Position numbers and translations under genes: made by a program
Shown: positions 29,260 to 37,800 of the stretch, piece by piece
Layout: each line of letters starts with the position of its first letter
Position numbering within the stretch: the stretch's first letter is position 1
The notes under the pieces: generated by a model
The model's input: only the letters and a program-made list of their open reading frames with translations
Told to the model about the DNA's origin: nothing
Database searches by the model: none
Assembly (NCBI GenBank): GCA_031415375.1
Contig: JANORP010000005.1
Coordinates: 9,683-73,682 of the forward strand
From: Bacteroidota bacterium
GTDB lineage: Bacteria; Bacteroidota; Bacteroidia; J057; JADKCL01
DNA: 64,000 bases
Direction of reading: 5' to 3'

Positions 29260-30336
29260 ATGAAAATCGCCGAGCCACATGGCAATTACCTTCCCGGCCT
29301 CAATGGCCTGCGCGCATTGGCGGCGGGAACCGTCGTCGTGCGGCACATCAATGACGTCCTCGCCCAACTGAGCCTACCCCATTATGGCCCCACGCAGGGT
29401 CACAAATTTGCCGTCACCGTGTTTTTTGCCCTCAGTGGGTTTTTGATCACCTATCTCTTGCTGCGCGAAAAAGAAAAAACAGGGAAGGTCAGCATCAAAA
29501 AATTCTACATGCGCCGCCTCCTCCGTATTTGGCCACTCTACTTCATCGCATTGGGGGGTGCCTCGCTGTTCAATTGGCTTGGAGATCTGCCTTTTGACAG
29601 CAGCTTGATCGTCTTTTACGTCCTCTTCGCAGGCAATTTCCTCGCGAGCATCGACACAGTGATCCCAAATGCCGCCCATCTTTGGTCGCTGGGCGTAGAG
29701 GAGCAGTTTTACATCATTTGGCCTTGGATGATACGCTTGTCGCGACGGCCGATTTACACCTTGCTGGGATTTTTGATGCTGTTTCTCACAGCAAAGGCCA
29801 TTTTGCTTTTCTGGCTTGGCCCTAGATCGGCTTCTTATATGTTTTTTCACCTCACACGATTCGATTGCATGGCCATCGGGGGCATCGGTGCATGGCTATT
29901 TTGGAAGGGGATTCCAAAATCGCTCACAAAAGTGCTCTTTTCGATTCCTGTGCAGGTCATTTGTTGGCTTGCCCTCATTGTCACGCTCTTCCTCCCCGGT
30001 CACCCTTATGACGTGCTGGACCACACTGCGATAGGTGTCGTCACGCTGGTGATCATCCTGAATCTCGTCGCCAACCCTCAGCCACTCCTGCGGCTTGAGC
30101 ATCGTTTTTGGAATTATTTGGGCAGCATTTCATTCGGTCTATACATCTGGCACCCACTCGTCCAAGCCGCCAACAAGGTAATTTTGCCTAGCCTACCCTT
30201 TTCAGACATGGGCAAAATCATCTTTATATATGTGTCGGTGATCGTCGAGACCATTTTGGTCGCCCACCTTTCGATGAAATATCTCGAAAGCCCCTTCCTA
30301 CGGCTCAAGGACCGACTGGGCGCTATCGGGAAATGA
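29260..30336 (+). CDS. acyltransferase family 3 (OafA/NolL-like) membrane protein
   Basis: Start at ATG 29260. It has LPGLNGLRALAAGTVVVRH followed by multiple hydrophobic helices, a typical acyl_transf_3 layout. Confidence 0.8.
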   Translation: MKIAEPHGNYLPGLNGLRALAAGTVVVRHINDVLAQLSLPHYGPTQGHKFAVTVFFALSGFLITYLLLREKEKTGKVSIKKFYMRRLLRIWPLYFIALGGASLFNWLGDLPFDSSLIVFYVLFAGNFLASIDTVIPNAAHLWSLGVEEQFYIIWPWMIRLSRRPIYTLLGFLMLFLTAKAILLFWLGPRSASYMFFHLTRFDCMAIGGIGAWLFWKGIPKSLTKVLFSIPVQVICWLALIVTLFLPGHPYDVLDHTAIGVVTLVIILNLVANPQPLLRLEHRFWNYLGSISFGLYIWHPLVQAANKVILPSLPFSDMGKIIFIYVSVIVETILVAHLSMKYLESPFLRLKDRLGAIGK

Positions 30337-30466
30337 AGGTTGCCAAAACGGCCTCACAATGCCTATGGAATCGAATGGCGCCATTCTCCAAAAGGAAGCC
30401 CGATATAGAAAATGGACAATGCACCGAGGATGCATTGTCCATTTTCATGGCTTCAAAGCCTATCGC

Positions 30467-31354
30467 CTACAACCAGAAATTCCTAGAGATATTGAATCCG
30501 AGGCGCACATCAAAACGGCCAAGGTCGTTTCTCGTGAAAGGAATGACCCAAGCCTCGTTGATCGGAGCACTGTTGACGAGTACAATTTGAAACACGTGAC
30601 CACCTGTCACGATGTCGAGGCCTACCGCAGCACTGGAAAACAGGCTAGACCTGTTGACAGCATAGTTGCCAAACGCATAGCTGTATTCAAAGCTCAGTCC
30701 CAGGCGCTTGCGCAGCTTATATTGCCCCATAGCGGCAATGGCGAAGATGTCGTTTTTGTCGGCTGCGGCGGTGACAAGGTTGTGATGCACGTATGTCGGT
30801 GAGACCTGCAGGGCAAATTTTTGCCCAAACTTGCGCGCGATTTGTACTTGTGTGACGTAGGACATGCGGTGGGCAAAATTCCCATAACGGTCAAAGCCAT
30901 TGATCGCAGCTGCATCATCGCGGGAGGAGATCACATTGGCCTTGCCATGCACGGCAAGTGTGATGGGCATACCGCCGTCTTCTTGGTTCAAGATATTGTA
31001 CTTGACATAGCCATTGTAAACCTTGTTGAAATTGTCGCGGCCCACGCCGACCATGAGGTTGTCACGGATACCATAGTCAAACATGAACGAGATGCTTGCA
31101 GGGCCATCGAGACCCAAGAAATTATACAATACATCGTTTTGCATTGATCCAAAACGGTGGCTGATGCGGTAGGCGAGCACCTTTTTGCCCACCTGCATGA
31201 CCGTTTGGTTGTTGACGCATCGCGTGCCGTAAAAAATTTCCTTCACTTTGCTGCGTGAGGGCGTTTGGACCGGCTTAGTGGCCGCACTGTCTTGGCCCAT
31301 GGCTACAGCGAGCCCGACAAGCATAAACAATGATAGCAGTGTAATCTTTTTCAT
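30467..31354 (-). CDS. DUF5777-like outer-membrane beta-barrel protein
   Basis: Signal peptide MKKITLLSLFMLVGLAVAMG. 'YRISHRFG...YNFLGLDGPA...DYGIRDNLMVGVGR...VYNGYVKYNILNQ' matches my memory of the DUF5777 family. Alternating beta-strand pattern, ending in an aromatic-rich C-terminus (NFWL). Confidence 0.7.
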   Translation of the reverse strand: MKKITLLSLFMLVGLAVAMGQDSAATKPVQTPSRSKVKEIFYGTRCVNNQTVMQVGKKVLAYRISHRFGSMQNDVLYNFLGLDGPASISFMFDYGIRDNLMVGVGRDNFNKVYNGYVKYNILNQEDGGMPITLAVHGKANVISSRDDAAAINGFDRYGNFAHRMSYVTQVQIARKFGQKFALQVSPTYVHHNLVTAAADKNDIFAIAAMGQYKLRKRLGLSFEYSYAFGNYAVNRSSLFSSAAVGLDIVTGGHVFQIVLVNSAPINEAWVIPFTRNDLGRFDVRLGFNISRNFWL

Positions 31355-31407
31355 TCGATTCTAGACGTTCAATCGCTAAAGGTAGGTAAAAAAAGGCGCT
31401 GCAATGC

Positions 31408-31812
31408 TCAATTGTTGCGGGCTCCTTGGCCAATCCAGCGCAAAATAAGTGTCTTGTCACAGTCACTTACCGAGCGCGGCCCATTGGAATTGGAAGGCGG
31501 CATGCTGCCCTGATCAAACAACCTCACTTGGATCCGACCTTGATCGACCTTGGCCTTGATACCTGCATAGGTTGTATAATCTGGTTTGGAAATCGGTGCC
31601 CCCGTCCAATGACAGTCACCATTGGCATTGTTGGAGCAATACTTGGTGAAAATTGGGAAAATCGTATCTTGAAAAGAAACGGTCGAGGTGTCGTTGGGGC
31701 TGCAAATGTCAATTGCAGGAGGCTTAAGGTCCTCGTCGATGTTGTCAAACGAGCAAGACCAGCAAAGTGCTGCAGCAAGCAAAGAGGTTGCGGAAATGAT
31801 TTTGAACTTCAT
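31408..31812 (-). CDS. lipoprotein with PSCyt-like (cytochrome-c-like) domain carrying a CX7CH instead of CXXCH
   Basis: Signal/lipobox-like MKFKIISATSLLAAALCWSC. 'IFPIFTKYCSNNANGDCH...GSMPP...LILRWIGQGA' follows the order of conserved blocks in planctomycete-type cytochrome c domains (I.PI....C..CH...MPP...WI..GA). Confidence 0.6.
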   Translation of the reverse strand: MKFKIISATSLLAAALCWSCSFDNIDEDLKPPAIDICSPNDTSTVSFQDTIFPIFTKYCSNNANGDCHWTGAPISKPDYTTYAGIKAKVDQGRIQVRLFDQGSMPPSNSNGPRSVSDCDKTLILRWIGQGARNN

Positions 31813-31943
31813 AATTGCATCAAAAGTGACTGATTCATCTTGGCCGTTGCCAATCTGAGCGGAAAATAGAATTTTTTTCCGAAACTGTCGTCACGGCCGA
31901 TGTTCATTCTTTTTTATCTTTGTAGAATAACCCAGCGACTAGC

Positions 31944-32981
31944 GTGGATCTATCTTCCCGAAAAATCATTACCCTTGAGCAGTTCATCATCGAAAGTGAA
32001 GCTGCCTACCCGCTTGCGACTGGGGAATTTTCGCAATTGCTGCGAGATATCGCATTGGCTGCCAAGCTTGTAAACCGCGAGGTGAACAAAGCTGGCCTCG
32101 TGGACATCTTGGGTCTCACTGGCGAGACCAATGTCCAAGGCGAAAAAGTCCAGAAGCTCGACATCTTCGCAAACGACCACTTTATCCATGCCCTCATGGT
32201 TGGCGGGCAGGTCTGCGTGATCGGGTCTGAAGAAAACGAGGATGTAATCCCCGTAGAAACAGCCCAAAGCAAAAATGCACGCTATGTGGTGCTCATGGAC
32301 CCACTCGACGGCTCCAGCAATATTGATGTGAATGTCTCTGTGGGCACGATTTTTTCCGTCTATGAGCGCACCTCGCCCAAAGGCCAGCCAGGCACCTTGG
32401 AAGATTGTATGCAAGAAGGCGTGAAACAGACGGCCTCGGGCTATGTGATCTACGGTTCCAGCACCATGATCGTGTACACAACGGGCCACGGCGTCAATGG
32501 ATTCACGCTCGACCCATCGATCGGCGAATTTTTGCTCAGCCACCCCAACATCAAGGTGCCTGAGAAATGCAACATCTATTCCCTCAACGAGGGCAATTAC
32601 CGCAAGTTCGAACCCGGTCTCAAAGAGTATTTGCGCCATATCAAGGGCAAATATGATCCTACGGTGCGCCCCTATTCATCGCGCTACATTGGCTCCTTGG
32701 TAGCCGACTTTCACCGCAACCTTTTGCGGGGAGGTGTCTTCATCTATCCCGCCTTCATCGACGATCCCAATGGCAAGTTGCGGCTCATGTATGAGGCCAA
32801 TCCCATGGCACTCCTCATCGAGCAAGCAGGTGGCGTGGCCACCGACGGCGCAAATAGGATCCTCGATATCGAACCCAAAGACCTCCATCAACGTACTCCG
32901 CTCTACATGGGAAACCATTATGAAGTAGAGTTGATACATCAATACTTGAGAAGGTACTCTGTCAAAGAATTTGAATCTTAA
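31944..32981 (+). CDS. fbp: fructose-1,6-bisphosphatase class 1
   Basis: [23 protein letters not shown] metal-binding block and [20 protein letters not shown]. The listed start is GTG. Confidence 0.95.
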   Translation: MDLSSRKIITLEQFIIESEAAYPLATGEFSQLLRDIALAAKLVNREVNKAGLVDILGLTGETNVQGEKVQKLDIFANDHFIHALMVGGQVCVIGSEENEDVIPVETAQSKNARYVVLMDPLDGSSNIDVNVSVGTIFSVYERTSPKGQPGTLEDCMQEGVKQTASGYVIYGSSTMIVYTTGHGVNGFTLDPSIGEFLLSHPNIKVPEKCNIYSLNEGNYRKFEPGLKEYLRHIKGKYDPTVRPYSSRYIGSLVADFHRNLLRGGVFIYPAFIDDPNGKLRLMYEANPMALLIEQAGGVATDGANRILDIEPKDLHQRTPLYMGNHYEVELIHQYLRRYSVKEFES

Positions 32982-33001
32982 ATCAATACGAAACAGCGAT
33001 T

Positions 33002-33736
33002 ATGTGGAAAAGATTTGTACGCGCTATTAGAGCACTGTTTGGGAAAGCCGTCAGTGCCATTGAAGACCCGAAACTCATCCTGGAACAAAACATCCGGGAT
33101 TTGAACGATCAGGTTCCAAAAATGAATGAGAACATCGCCACCGTGAAGGCGAGTGTGATGCTTTTGGAAAAAGAGGAGCGCAAATACCAGCTCGAATACG
33201 ATGATCTCATTTCCAAAATGAAGGCCGGCATCAAAGCTGGCCGCGACGACATTGCAGCCAACTATGCCATGCGCCTAGAGACCGTCAAGGTCAACATGGC
33301 CAAGGTCAAGGAGCAACGCATCACTTCACAAAGGGCTTATGAAAAGTCCCTGGAGGTCAAAAAGGCCTTCATGAAGGAAAAAGAGCGCAAAATCGAGGAG
33401 GCACGCGAAGCATTGCGCGCCAGCGAACGCGCCAAGTGGCAGGCACGCATTGCCGATACCATGGAGCAATTTGAAGTGGGCGGCTCTGACCAAACCCACG
33501 ACGAGATGCTGCAACGCGTCAATGAGGAAACCGCCAAAAATGAAGCCCGCATGGAAATGGCGCTCGACAGCGTCGATACCGAAGGTCTCAAATTGGAGGA
33601 AGATGCTGAAAAATTGCGTGCTCAAGAATTGGTGAACCAATTCAAGCTTGAAATGGGAATGGACAGTGGTGGCCGCACAAACGTGGATGCGGGCTCCAAC
33701 ACCAATACCAACAATGATCTGAACAAAACCACCTGA
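33002..33736 (+). CDS. pspA: PspA/IM30/Vipp1-family membrane-stress protein
   Basis: Amphipathic N-terminus MWKRFVRAIRALFGKAVSAIEDPKLILEQNIRDLNDQ followed by long coiled-coil helices typical of PspA. Confidence 0.85.
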   Translation: MWKRFVRAIRALFGKAVSAIEDPKLILEQNIRDLNDQVPKMNENIATVKASVMLLEKEERKYQLEYDDLISKMKAGIKAGRDDIAANYAMRLETVKVNMAKVKEQRITSQRAYEKSLEVKKAFMKEKERKIEEAREALRASERAKWQARIADTMEQFEVGGSDQTHDEMLQRVNEETAKNEARMEMALDSVDTEGLKLEEDAEKLRAQELVNQFKLEMGMDSGGRTNVDAGSNTNTNNDLNKTT

Positions 33737-33791
33737 TCTCTTTGAGGCAGGGGGTTTCAGAAGTTTCTATTCATCTAAACTCTAAACGAAG

Positions 33792-34298
33792 ATGGCTGAG
33801 AAAAGACTTTCAGGTGAAGAGCAGCGCGCCAAGATGAAGGAGGCCTACAAAGACGACCTTCGCAAGCGCAAGCAATTCTTGGAGGATGTCAAAGAGCACA
33901 ATCGCGTAAAGACACTCTCTGATGCGGTGATCAATATCACCAGTGCCAACGAAAATGACGATACCGACGTCTGGGTGGAGAAGCTGAATGAAAAATCGGC
34001 CCTCTCAGAGGCAAAAATGGAGATGGCCTTGGATTCGGCAAACGTATCCAGCAGCCCTATCGCCGACGAAAGAGAACGACTTGCAATGAGCGACGCAGAG
34101 ATTCGCAAGCTCAAAGCCGCCGAGCTCGTGGCCCAGATGAAGGCTGAGATGATGGGGCAGTCCCAACCTCAGACCAACGCCGAGCCACCAAGGGTCGAGC
34201 TCAAAAAGGAGGTCGCACAAGAAAGCAAGCCGTTGGATCCCGAATCTGGCGCAGCGCTCGATGATCGTCCATCACGCAAAATGCTGGAAGACATTTGA
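33792..34298 (+). CDS. coiled-coil protein resembling the C-terminal helix region of the adjacent PspA
   Basis: 'LNEKSALSEAKMEMALDS...LKAAELVAQMKAEM' parallels PspA 'VNEETAKNEARMEMALDS...LRAQELVNQFKLEM'. It starts 55 nt downstream of pspA on the same strand, and a strong terminator follows. Confidence 0.6.
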   Translation: MAEKRLSGEEQRAKMKEAYKDDLRKRKQFLEDVKEHNRVKTLSDAVINITSANENDDTDVWVEKLNEKSALSEAKMEMALDSANVSSSPIADERERLAMSDAEIRKLKAAELVAQMKAEMMGQSQPQTNAEPPRVELKKEVAQESKPLDPESGAALDDRPSRKMLEDI

Positions 34299-34320
34299 GC
34301 AATATGCTTTCAAAAATTCA

Positions 34321-34356
34321 AAAAAGGGCGTGACCGATCGGTCACGCCCTTTTTTT
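34321..34356. terminator. bidirectional rho-independent terminator
   Basis: AAAAA-GGGCGTGACC-GATC-GGTCACGCCC-TTTTTTT. Perfect 10-bp GC-rich stem starting 23 nt after the stop at 34298. Confidence 0.9.
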
Positions 34357-34643
34357 ATGCGTCTAGCAATACATTCCGCGCGATGTGGGCAACCCAAAAC
34401 AGGCCAAAAGACCAATCCCCAAAGCGAACCGATCGGCTGCCAACGCATCTTATTCCGAGCAGCGCTTGAAGCCACCACAACCCACTAGCCGCGTCCCCGA
34501 GGGTTCCCGATCGTCGAGGCATAGCCTGCTACCTTTCTCTCCAGACAAAAACCGCCGCAACACGTCGGGATAGACGCCTGTTAGCAAAGCCAAACAAACG
34601 CTCACTCCCACTGCTACCTGCTAATTTCCTTACTTCCAATCGC

Positions 34644-35675
34644 TTACCGCCAGTCGCCTCCGCCCTCCTCCACTTCTCCATTCAATCGCGCCAATACCTT
34701 GTCGAGTTCATCCTCCTTGGTGGCATCCAAGTATATCCGCTGGGCATTAAATTTATCAAACTCGCGCTCGGCGATTTCCTTCGCCAATAGGTGAGAGATT
34801 TGCCCTGCATCTGTGAGGATATCACGATCGTTGAGTTGTAGGAAACCATCGAGTTTCGTCAGCCAGTCTCGCATCTTCATTTCCATGCGGCGCATTGCTT
34901 GGCCTTCTGCAAAGATCAGGTATTGCTCGACCAAATTGTTCAAGGCGGCGAGTTCCTCTGTGGTGAGATAGTTTTTGGCGATCATCGCATCGTCTTTACG
35001 AGGTACTGGACCACGCCAATTCGTAAGCCCCATATTGGCCTTCATCCCGTTTGCACGATCGACAATGATCTCAGCAGCCGTCTTGCCTGTGATCGCCCAG
35101 TGCATCTTGTTTTGAACAGTTTTGAAGAACTGAATGCTCAATTCGTCGGTAGGGTCGTAGTCCACACTCAGGGCATAGATATCTGTAATCTTGCGATAGA
35201 AGCGCTTTTCAGACGTCCTGATGTCTTGAATCCGACGACTCAGCTCCTCAAAGTAATCAAAAGGGACATCTGGATTCTTTAGCCGATCATCGTCCACAAC
35301 AAAACCCTTGATCAGAAATTCCTTCAAGGTGCGCGTAGCCCAAATGCGAAATTGGGTCGCACGTCCAGAATTGACGCGGTAGCCGACAGAAATGATGGCG
35401 TCTAGGTTGAAATGCCTCACATGATATCGCTTTCCATCGGAAGCAGTTACCGAGAAATCCTCGGCAACTGACCCCACATCCAATTCGCCATCCCGAAAGA
35501 TGTTTTTGAGATGTAAGCCAATGTTGTCTGGACCGCATCCAAATAGCTCGGCCATCATCTTCTGAGAGAGCCACGCTGTGTCACCATCAAAACGCACGTC
35601 CAGTCTGACGGTACCGTTTTGATCTGCATATAAAATGATTTGTGAATTGGTAGGGGTAATATCCTTCGCACTCAT
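34644..35675 (-). CDS. rhuM: RhuM-family protein
   Basis: The N-terminus ILYADQNGTVRLDVRFDGDTAWLSQKMMAELFGCGPDNIGLHLKNIFRDGEL and then ISVGYRVNSGRATQFRIWATRTLKEFLIKGF are characteristic of RhuM-family proteins. GC is ~47% in a sampled block. Confidence 0.85.
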   Translation of the reverse strand: MSAKDITPTNSQIILYADQNGTVRLDVRFDGDTAWLSQKMMAELFGCGPDNIGLHLKNIFRDGELDVGSVAEDFSVTASDGKRYHVRHFNLDAIISVGYRVNSGRATQFRIWATRTLKEFLIKGFVVDDDRLKNPDVPFDYFEELSRRIQDIRTSEKRFYRKITDIYALSVDYDPTDELSIQFFKTVQNKMHWAITGKTAAEIIVDRANGMKANMGLTNWRGPVPRKDDAMIAKNYLTTEELAALNNLVEQYLIFAEGQAMRRMEMKMRDWLTKLDGFLQLNDRDILTDAGQISHLLAKEIAEREFDKFNAQRIYLDATKEDELDKVLARLNGEVEEGGGDWR

Positions 35676-35779
35676 ATCCTCCGCAAATTATGGAAACATA
35701 AGATAGATACAAAAGGTTATAAATGCACCCTTTTTGCCTATAATAAATATAATTAACTATATACGTTAGCAATCTATTG

Positions 35780-37675
35780 CTATTGTTCCCCCAACAGCAC
35801 CAGCTTCAAACTCTTCATCTTCCCAAGATGAGCCATCCGAATGAAATAGATTCCGCTGGGAAGGGTCCCAAAATCAAAATCGGAGGCGTGAAGACCTGCA
35901 GCCTCAGATGCGGATTGCTTGCTCCAAACCTCGCGCCCTTGCAGGTCGATCAGTACCCAATCGACACTTCCAGCCCGCTCCAGGATATACCGCGCCGAAA
36001 TCCTCGCCCCAGCAGGGTTGGGAAATATCGTCAACTGATCCTCCAAGCCCTGTGGCTCGGGAGCTGCGACTGGCAATCCAGTGAATACGCGCATGAGGAA
36101 TTCAATATTTTCATTGTTGCGGTAAGGAGACCATGCGCCCCCCAAAATCTCAAAACTGCGACGCGAAATCGGCCCAAATTCCTCGGCACCGAGCGCAATT
36201 CCCGATCCCTGCTGCATCCAAGCCACAGCAAAGCCGCCGCTTGCGATGGAGACCATGGGATTGATCCCCACCGTATTCCAACCATCCTCGACCACAGCTG
36301 CAGCAGCAACGGTTGTCGATCCCAAGATATTGTTGGGGTCAGGCTGCCCATTGGCGTCGAGGCCATGGATCGCAATGCGAAATCCCACTGGTGGTGGCGT
36401 CTGTGTATTGCCATCGCCCGTGATGAAGACTTGCACACTGTCGATGATCGCGGGAAATTCTGGCGGCACCATTTTCACAGCGACACCGTCGCTTGGATTG
36501 CCACCAGCCCAGGAGACCGCTGTAGATGGCCCAAAGGTGCTTGCAAAACTCAGCATCACATTGCCCCCATTGTTATCGACAGAGACGATTTCTATGGTAT
36601 TGCTGTTGTTGGTCGGGTTGATGTCTTGCCCGCCTGCTGTTTCCGTATTGACCTCGAAATAATACAAGCCTGGAGTCGTCAGACGCACGGTGTCTTGAAA
36701 TTGAAGGGTCACATTCGCCCCATTTGCGAGGCCCACGGTCTGCGTCGTGTCCGCCCAAGCCTGCGTGAGCTGCAAGTCAAGGAGCCTGCCCCTCGCTGCA
36801 ATCGTGCTGGTGATCGGCGTGTTGCCCACGTTCAAAATATTGGTGTTCAGCAATATTGGCTCATGGGAATAAACAAATTGACCTGCATTGTCGGCATCGA
36901 CATTCCATACTGGCGAGGCATCTGGCACCAAAAAGGATGCTCCCGATGGGTAGATATATTTGACAGCAAAGTTGTCTGGCGGCACCGTGCTTCCGGTAGC
37001 ATAGTTGAGGCCCAGATCACCCGTGACATTCTCGATGCCGATCTCCATATAGGTGTTGCAGCCCGTACCGCCTGGAAAATTGCCCGCGTCGGTGTTCAAA
37101 TATTGAAAAGTAATGGCGCTGTCGTTGCCGCTCAAGATGAGCTGAAAAGTGTTGCTCCCAGCCCAGTCGGGCGTTGCATTTTTCCAAAAAGGTACATTCA
37201 CCCATTGCACAACAAAGGAATCGACATTGTTGGTCCAATACCATAGGCTACCGACATTGGGGTTTTGCGCGTCGTTGCTGATGAAAGTAAGGTCGCTCAT
37301 GAAGGGCGCGAGGAGGTTGTCTCCTCCACCAGGCGTCGGTACACGCGGGAAACAACTTGCGATATTGCCGACATTGGCAAATGAAACCCAACCATTGGAA
37401 CCGATCTTGATACTGCTGTAGTCACTCCAGTAATAATGGAAATCCCAGCCTATGTTGAAGGGACCCACGGCATTGTCATCGGCGAGAGAGGGCACCTGCA
37501 CGGCGCCAGAGCGAGAGACAATGTCTATCCAATGGAACCCGACGCCAGGTTCATTGGAGTCTTTCCAGATATAACCATAGGGGTCTGGCCCCCCCGTGGC
37601 TGCCCAAGCATGCCCTGTGAAGGTGTTTCCAATCCAAGCAAGTAGCAAGCTCAAAGTCAGCAATCGGAGTTTCAT
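35780..37675 (-). CDS. T9SS cargo of the 'GGPDxxGYxWKDSNEPG' family, tandem paralog 2
   Basis: Start at ATG 37675 (MKLRLLTLSLLLAWIGNTFTGHAWA). The mature N-terminus is ATGGPDPYGYIWKDSNEPGVGFHWIDI. The C-terminus LTIFPNPAGARISARYIL...GIYFIRMAHLG is a T9SS CTD. Confidence 0.8.
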   Translation of the reverse strand: MKLRLLTLSLLLAWIGNTFTGHAWAATGGPDPYGYIWKDSNEPGVGFHWIDIVSRSGAVQVPSLADDNAVGPFNIGWDFHYYWSDYSSIKIGSNGWVSFANVGNIASCFPRVPTPGGGDNLLAPFMSDLTFISNDAQNPNVGSLWYWTNNVDSFVVQWVNVPFWKNATPDWAGSNTFQLILSGNDSAITFQYLNTDAGNFPGGTGCNTYMEIGIENVTGDLGLNYATGSTVPPDNFAVKYIYPSGASFLVPDASPVWNVDADNAGQFVYSHEPILLNTNILNVGNTPITSTIAARGRLLDLQLTQAWADTTQTVGLANGANVTLQFQDTVRLTTPGLYYFEVNTETAGGQDINPTNNSNTIEIVSVDNNGGNVMLSFASTFGPSTAVSWAGGNPSDGVAVKMVPPEFPAIIDSVQVFITGDGNTQTPPPVGFRIAIHGLDANGQPDPNNILGSTTVAAAAVVEDGWNTVGINPMVSIASGGFAVAWMQQGSGIALGAEEFGPISRRSFEILGGAWSPYRNNENIEFLMRVFTGLPVAAPEPQGLEDQLTIFPNPAGARISARYILERAGSVDWVLIDLQGREVWSKQSASEAAGLHASDFDFGTLPSGIYFIRMAHLGKMKSLKLVLLGEQ

Positions 37676-37751
37676 GGGATGATGTTGCGGAATTTTTATG
37701 AGACCTGAAAGAGAGGCAGCGATTTTTACATGCTGCCCGATTCCATTTATC

Positions 37752-37784
37752 AAAAAAGGCGACCCCAAGAGGCCGCCTTTTTTA
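37752..37784 (-). terminator. probable rho-independent terminator between the two paralogs
   Basis: AAAAAA-GGCGaCC-ccaaga-GGcCGCC-TTTTTT. 6 bp plus one mismatch, flanked by A and T runs. Confidence 0.5.
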
Positions 37785-37800
37785 TTTCTGTACGCAGCAA

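Noticed and set aside
34357-34643. A possible tRNA, tmRNA fragment or att site next to rhuM.
   Set aside because: I could find no T-loop (GTTCGAATC-like) or acceptor-stem pairing, and no direct repeat matching the other flank of rhuM. The region is kept only as a low-confidence 'unexplained non-coding region' finding.
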